12,513 nt of DNA from Gemmatimonadota bacterium. Its GTDB lineage: Bacteria > Gemmatimonadota > Gemmatimonadetes > Longimicrobiales > RSA9. The stretch is taken from assembly GCA_040905425.1 (NCBI GenBank), contig JBBDRO010000059.1, positions 1 to 12,513 of the forward strand, in the 5' to 3' direction. The position numbers and the translations under genes are program-made. Positions 8,190 to 12,513 of this stretch are shown here, one piece after another; position 1 is the stretch's first letter; the number at the start of each line of letters is the position of its first letter. The notes below the pieces were generated by a model, which was not told where the DNA came from, made no database searches, and worked only from the letters and a program-made list of their open reading frames with translations.

Positions 8190-8624
8190 ATGTTCAAAAA
8201 GCGTGTAGCTGCCACCGCCCTTTCGGTGTCGTTGCTGATGATGGCTGCCGGCACGGCGGCGGGCGATGATCTCCAGTGCAAGTGCAAGACGTTGACCTAT
8301 TCGGGCGGCTGGGACCACAACTTCAACTCCAACGGTGAGCTGCCGTACGAGTGTGACTATTCGGATGGGGAGTTCGACTACCCGTGCCACATCGACACCC
8401 TCGACGGTTCATGCAGTGGAGTGCACCGGCAGTGCGGTCCGGACTTCGCCTTCGATGCGGAGATGTCGGTAGTGGAGCTGGCGATGTATTCCGGTTTCGT
8501 CTACAACCGGGACAGGCAGGCGCTGCAAATGGTTGGTTGCAACGGCGTCGTGACGGCGAGTTTCAAGGTGGCTCCAGAGCTGCGCTTCGCCGTGCTCGAA
8601 CAACTGGCGGCGCGGTACGTGTAG
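8190..8624 (+). CDS. Secreted cysteine-rich small protein of unknown function, 144 aa
   Basis: Strong RBS AGGAGGT (8179-8185) overlapping the previous stop codon. Sec signal MFKKRVAATALSVSLLMMAAGTAAG. Seven Cys, six of them in the first ~57 mature residues. Alternative GTG start at 8184. Confidence 0.8.
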   Translation: MFKKRVAATALSVSLLMMAAGTAAGDDLQCKCKTLTYSGGWDHNFNSNGELPYECDYSDGEFDYPCHIDTLDGSCSGVHRQCGPDFAFDAEMSVVELAMYSGFVYNRDRQALQMVGCNGVVTASFKVAPELRFAVLEQLAARYV

Positions 8625-9371
8625 GTGCTGCGATCTCAGACGCTGTGCGCAAGCGTGTCTCGCGCCGCCGTGCTTCTTCTTGCCCTCGCCTTGGCCGCGT
8701 GCGGTGGCACGGACGGCCCTGCTGGATGGCCTGAGCCCGTCGTGATCGCGCTACCAGGCGATCACGCGGTGACTTTCGCGGGTCTTTACGTGGCTGAAGA
8801 TGAGGGCTTGTTTGGGGAGCGCGGCCTGGACGTCGGCTACCTGCACGCCGCGGACCCGGGGCAGTCGCTCGCAGTTGTTGGCAACGGCCAGGCCGCGTTT
8901 GCTGTGGTCCCCGCCGCCGACCTCGTGTCGGCACGCACCGCTGGCCTTCCCGTCATGTCGGTGGCCGTGCTGGAGCCGGCCGGATGGGGCGGCGATGCCG
9001 CGCCGGCCGGCTCATACGGTCGCGTGCTGGCAACCTCCTACGACCTGTTGGAGCGGGACACGGCCTTGGTGCGCGCTGTTGTGGGGGCCACGGTGCATGG
9101 ATGGAATCGAGCCATCGAGTCGCCGGCTGCCGCCGCGGCAGCGGTCACGGAGCGGGTATCCGGATCGGAGCTGCAGGCGGCCGAGCAATGGCTCCGAGAC
9201 CGCAGCGCCGGACTGCCGGCCGACAGCCAACAGGTGGGCAGATCGAACGCCGCAGGTTGGTCAGCGCTAATGGCCGCCCTTCGTGATGGCCAACGCATCG
9301 GGCGGCCGGTGCACGTGCAGACGGTGTTCACCGATGCGTACCTCCCGTACCCGCCCAGAATTCGACGTTAA
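8625..9371 (+). CDS. NMT1/THI5 (SsuA/ThiY)-like substrate-binding lipoprotein, internally shortened, 248 aa
   Basis: Lipobox LAA-C. Family motifs FAGLYVAEDEGLFGERGLDV, VGNGQAAFAV, ARTAGLPV, LVRAVVGATVHGWNRAIESP and VFTDAYLP. Starts immediately after the upstream TAG. Confidence 0.75.
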   Translation: MLRSQTLCASVSRAAVLLLALALAACGGTDGPAGWPEPVVIALPGDHAVTFAGLYVAEDEGLFGERGLDVGYLHAADPGQSLAVVGNGQAAFAVVPAADLVSARTAGLPVMSVAVLEPAGWGGDAAPAGSYGRVLATSYDLLERDTALVRAVVGATVHGWNRAIESPAAAAAAVTERVSGSELQAAEQWLRDRSAGLPADSQQVGRSNAAGWSALMAALRDGQRIGRPVHVQTVFTDAYLPYPPRIRR

Positions 9372-9390
9372 ACCTGGATCGTATCTGGGT

Positions 9391-9420
9391 GTGGCAGAGT
9401 TTGGCGTATCTAGGTACATT
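9391..9420 (+). promoter_or_regulatory. Candidate sigma70 promoter for the gntR-ABC operon
   Basis: GTGGCA (9391-9396), 18 bp, TACATT (9415-9420). The -10 box overlaps the first base of operator copy 2. The -35 box is weak. Confidence 0.45.
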
Positions 9421-9442
9421 GTGCTAGCTAGCTAGCTCACTG
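9420..9442 (+). promoter_or_regulatory. Putative GntR/YtrA operator, copy 2 (autoregulatory site)
   Basis: Identical 23-mer to 6978-7000, ending 17 bp before the GntR ATG. YtrA-subfamily regulators characteristically bind palindromes over their own promoter. Confidence 0.85.
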
Positions 9443-9459
9443 CCCCTCGGGAGCCCACC

Positions 9460-9900
9460 ATGCTCTTCCACATCGACGAGGCCGACCCCCGCCCCATCTA
9501 CGTCCAGATCATGGACGAGGTGCGGCGCGGGCTCATCACCGGCAAGCTGAAGCGCGGCGACCCCCTCCCCTCGGTGCGGGAGATGGCCGCCGACCTGTCG
9601 GTGAATCCGAACACGGTGAAGCAGGCCTATCGCGAGCTGGAGCGCGAAGGGCTGGCGGAGCCCCGCCGCGGGGAGGGGACCTTCGTGGCGGACGCGGCGC
9701 GCGTGAGCCGCGGGGAGCGGCGGTCGCTGGCGCGCGGCGTGGCGGAGCGGGCGCTCTGGGAAGCCATCCGGCACGGGCTATCGGCGGAGGAGTTCCTGGC
9801 GGCCGCGAAGGTGGTGGCGCGGCAGCGCGGCATGCTCGGGGAGGCCCCCGCCGCGGCGGTAGGAGCGGCCGGGACCGCGGACACCGGAGGCCGCCCGTGA
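9460..9900 (+). CDS. GntR-family transcriptional regulator, YtrA subfamily, 146 aa
   Basis: Winged HTH motifs PIYVQI, GDPLPSVREMAADLSVNPNTVKQAYRELEREG and RRGEGTFV. Short helical C-terminal domain. Directly upstream of an ABC ATPase, which is the typical YtrA arrangement. Confidence 0.93.
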   Translation: MLFHIDEADPRPIYVQIMDEVRRGLITGKLKRGDPLPSVREMAADLSVNPNTVKQAYRELEREGLAEPRRGEGTFVADAARVSRGERRSLARGVAERALWEAIRHGLSAEEFLAAAKVVARQRGMLGEAPAAAVGAAGTADTGGRP

Positions 9901-10856
9901 GCGATCACCCCCTGGACGGCGTCACCACGCATGGACTCCGCAAGGAATTCGGCCATCAGCGCGCCCTGGACGGCGTGAACCTCCGGGTGGCTCCCGGTGC
10001 CGCCTACCTCATGGCAGGGGAGAACGGTGCCGGGAAGTCCACCCTGCTGCGCATCCTGCTGGGGCTGCAGGAGGCCACCGCTGGATCCGTCAGTGTACTG
10101 GGCGTCGACCCCGCGGTGGACGGCGCGGGCGTGCGGGCGCTGGTGGGGTACATGCCCGACCGCGTGGACTTCGAGCACGGCTGGATGAGCGTGGACGCCG
10201 CGCTGCGCTTCCACGCCCGCTACCGGCCGCGCTGGGATCCGGCGTACGCCGCGGAGCTGATTGGCCAACTGGAGCTGCCGCGGGACCGTCGCTTATCAGG
10301 GCTTTCCAAGGGGCAGCGCCGCCGGCTCCAGCTGGTCCTCACGCTGGCGCACCGGCCGCCCATCGTGGTCATGGACGAGCCCACCGACGCTCTGGACCCG
10401 CGCATGCGCGAGCGCTTCGCGCAGCTGCTCTCGGCCTACCTGGCGGACACCGACGCCACGCTCATCCTCTCCACGCACGCCATCGCGGACGTGAAGTCCA
10501 TCCCCACCGACGTGGGCATCCTGCGCCAGGGGCAGCTCGTGCTGCAGTGCAAGCGCGAGGCGCTCAGAAACCGGCTGGTGCGGGTGAGTGCCGAGGTGCC
10601 TAATGACTGGCTGCCGCCGCGCGCCATCGGCGTGCGCACCATCTCGGAGGAGCACCGCGGCGGCGTGCTGCGGGCGGTGCTGTGGGCCTCGCCCGAGGAG
10701 GCGTGCGCGCTGCTGGAGAGCGCCGGCGCGGCCACGACCAGCCTGGACGCCCTGACACTGTCGGAGGCGGTGGTGGCCATGCTGGCCGCGCCACCGAGCT
10801 GGACGCCGGAAGCCGTCGAAGTGGAGATCGCGCTACTGCCAGGAGGTGTGCTGTGA
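9897..10856 (+). CDS. ABC transporter ATP-binding protein (YtrB/ABC-2 exporter type), 319 aa
   Basis: Walker A GENGAGKST, signature LSKGQRRR, Walker B/D-loop VVMDEPTDALD, H-loop STH. GTGA overlap with the gntR stop codon. Confidence 0.93.
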   Translation: MSDHPLDGVTTHGLRKEFGHQRALDGVNLRVAPGAAYLMAGENGAGKSTLLRILLGLQEATAGSVSVLGVDPAVDGAGVRALVGYMPDRVDFEHGWMSVDAALRFHARYRPRWDPAYAAELIGQLELPRDRRLSGLSKGQRRRLQLVLTLAHRPPIVVMDEPTDALDPRMRERFAQLLSAYLADTDATLILSTHAIADVKSIPTDVGILRQGQLVLQCKREALRNRLVRVSAEVPNDWLPPRAIGVRTISEEHRGGVLRAVLWASPEEACALLESAGAATTSLDALTLSEAVVAMLAAPPSWTPEAVEVEIALLPGGVL

Positions 10857-11656
10857 GTGCCCGTGAGACCATGCTGTGGACCGCGCCGACGTTCAGCCCC
10901 GTGATTCCGCGTGTGGCGTTCCGGGACGTGCTCGCGGCGCAACTCTGGATGCTCTGGGACAGCCGGCGGGTGGCGGTGCTGGTGGTGAGCCTGGGGCTGG
11001 CCATGTTCATCCCGCTCCAGCCCGGCCACGGCATGATGCCCTTTCTGGTCGGCATCCACATCACCGTGCTCGTGGCTGCCCTCCTCTGGGGCGCGGTGGT
11101 CTGGCACGCGCAGGACCCGGACCACCGCATGGAGCACCGGGAGATGCCGGTGGACTTCAAGACCCATGACCTGGCCCGCGTGCTGGCGGGCGCACTGCTC
11201 TTTGCCGGCGCGTACGGGGTGATCGCCATCGCGGCCCTCTTCGCGCCGCCGGTGATCGGCGGGCCGCCCGCGCTTGCGGGCTGGCAGCTGTTCGGCATGG
11301 CGGCCGGGCTCATGGCGGCCTACCTGTTCGGCTCGGCGGCGGGGATCGCCCTCCGCCATCCCATCGCGGGGCTGTCCATCTTCCTGGTGGGCTACATCCT
11401 GCTCGGGCAGGTGCTCATGGTGGTGGTGCGGCACCCGACCCGCCGGTTCGTGACCGAGCTGCTCGGCACCTGGGGACTCGAGCCCGCCGTCATGGGGCCG
11501 GCGGCCATGCACACGTTTGGTCGGGCCGGCATGATGACGTACGCCTTTCCGCCGACTGCGGAGTGGGTGCCCGCCGTCTGCTTCTGGTTCGGTCTGAGTA
11601 TCCTGCTCTTCCTGCTGGCGCTCTCGCCGCCGCGCTTCCTGCGCCGCCGCACCTGA
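10853..11656 (+). CDS. Integral membrane protein, probable ABC-2-type permease, 267 aa
   Basis: RBS AGGAGG at 10841-10846 and GTGA overlap with the ATPase stop. About six hydrophobic segments. The permease role is inferred from gene position. Confidence 0.75.
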   Translation: MSARETMLWTAPTFSPVIPRVAFRDVLAAQLWMLWDSRRVAVLVVSLGLAMFIPLQPGHGMMPFLVGIHITVLVAALLWGAVVWHAQDPDHRMEHREMPVDFKTHDLARVLAGALLFAGAYGVIAIAALFAPPVIGGPPALAGWQLFGMAAGLMAAYLFGSAAGIALRHPIAGLSIFLVGYILLGQVLMVVVRHPTRRFVTELLGTWGLEPAVMGPAAMHTFGRAGMMTYAFPPTAEWVPAVCFWFGLSILLFLLALSPPRFLRRRT

Positions 11657-11669
11657 GCCGCCGGTCAGT

Positions 11670-11699
11670 GGCGGGCCGGACCCACACCTCCGGCCCGCC
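11670..11699 (+). terminator. GC-rich stem-loop after the permease (possible terminator or mRNA-stabilising hairpin)
   Basis: Perfect 11-bp stem GGCGGGCCGGA (11670-11680) / TCCGGCCCGCC (11689-11699), 8-nt loop, 13 bp after the stop. No U-tract. Confidence 0.45.
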
Positions 11700-11780
11700 G
11701 CCCCTCGCCGAAACCACCGCGCGCCCGCTATCGTATCGATCCCGTTCACCCACACGCGTTCCCTCACCGGGATTTCTGCC

Positions 11781-12513
11781 ATGCGACGCCGCATATCCTT
11801 CTTCGCCGCCCTCCTCGTGCTCCTGCTGCCCGGCTGCGAGCCGGCCCCGGACGCGGCCGACTGGGAGCAGATGTCCGACCGCGCGGAAGCCGAGGCCATG
11901 GAGCGGTCGCTGGAGCGGAACACGGGCACCATGACGCTGGAACCGCAGTGCGCCGACTGCCAGATCATCACGCGCACCGTGGCCACGCTCGGTGATCCGT
12001 CGGATCCGGCCAGCGTGGGCCCTATGGCGGAGGTGGCGGCCGACTCCGCCCTCACCACCTTCTACGTGCACTCGAGCACCTTCGGCGGCCAGATCCTGGT
12101 CTATGGCAAGGACGGCCGGCTCATCCGCACGCAGGGCCAGCCGGGTGAGGGACCCGGCGAGTTCGGCGGGCAGCTCATGCTGGACGTGGGCCGGGGAGAC
12201 TCGCTGCACGTGCTGCAGACCCGGCCGCCGCGCTACACGGTCTGGACGCCCGAAGGGGAGCTGGCACGCACCGTCCCCATCGAGCGGCGCTTCCAGGACT
12301 TCGAGGTCCTGCCCTCCGGCGACCTCATCCTGGCCGCACCGGAGCCCACGCCGCGCGGTGACACCTACCGCCTGGTCCGCCTCTCGCCCACGGGCGAGAC
12401 GCTCCAGGTCTTCGACCCCACCACGGAGGATGACACCGGCGTCTACTTCCGCCGCATCGGCGTGGCGGGTGACTGGATCTGGGCGGCCTCGCTGGCGCGC
12501 TGGGAGGTGGACG
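11781..12513 (+). CDS. Lipoprotein, 6-bladed beta-propeller family with N-terminal CxxC (partial, runs off the right edge; absent from ORF track)
   Basis: Manual translation from ATG 11781: MRRRISFFAALLVLLLPG-C (lipobox), then QCADCQIITRTVATLGDPSDP, YGKDGRLIRTQGQPGEGPGEF and GRGDSLHV. No stop before the window end. Confidence 0.85.
   Translation, partial: MRRRISFFAALLVLLLPGCEPAPDAADWEQMSDRAEAEAMERSLERNTGTMTLEPQCADCQIITRTVATLGDPSDPASVGPMAEVAADSALTTFYVHSSTFGGQILVYGKDGRLIRTQGQPGEGPGEFGGQLMLDVGRGDSLHVLQTRPPRYTVWTPEGELARTVPIERRFQDFEVLPSGDLILAAPEPTPRGDTYRLVRLSPTGETLQVFDPTTEDDTGVYFRRIGVAGDWIWAASLARWEVD

Noticed and set aside
8190..8624. Cys-rich ORF as a classical RiPP precursor or c-type cytochrome
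   Set aside because: It has a Sec-type signal rather than a double-glycine leader, there is no modifying enzyme (LanM, YcaO, radical SAM) in the window, and it has no CxxCH motif (the CH occurs in DYPCH).
6978..9442. The 23-bp repeats as a CRISPR array, transposon ends or a phase-variable (GCTA)n tract
   Set aside because: Only two copies 2.4 kb apart in direct orientation, with no cas, transposase or integrase gene. Under four tetranucleotide units is short for slippage, and both copies have the same length. An operator explains the position better.
10436..12058. 540-aa minus-strand ORF and other nested ORFs in the ABC operon
   Set aside because: Antisense to the ATPase, permease and terminal lipoprotein genes, which have clear motifs and coupled starts.

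Overview
GC-rich bacterial window; the gene families suggest Gemmatimonadota, but that is inference only. Left to right: the 3' tail of an upstream CDS, a secreted S9B/DPP-IV-type peptidase (minus strand, with terminator), a beta-propeller lipoprotein, an FkbM-family methyltransferase, an 87-bp decayed copy of the start of the downstream ABC ATPase gene, mscL with a C-terminal CxxC/CxxC extension (minus strand), and a second propeller lipoprotein. Two transcription units follow, each preceded by an identical 23-bp sequence containing the near-perfect palindrome TGTGCTAGCTAGCTAGCTCA over its -10 region. Unit 1 (largely lower GC) encodes a CxxC beta-propeller lipoprotein, a secreted 144-aa Cys-rich protein and a NMT1/THI5-like binding lipoprotein that appears to lack its second lobe. 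Unit 2 encodes a YtrA-type GntR regulator, an ABC ATPase and a permease. A fourth propeller lipoprotein, missed by the ORF track, runs off the right edge. The best candidate for an undescribed system is a YtrA-controlled regulon linking the Cys-rich secreted protein, CxxC propeller lipoproteins and an ABC exporter. All calls are from reading the sequence by eye; no database searches were run.
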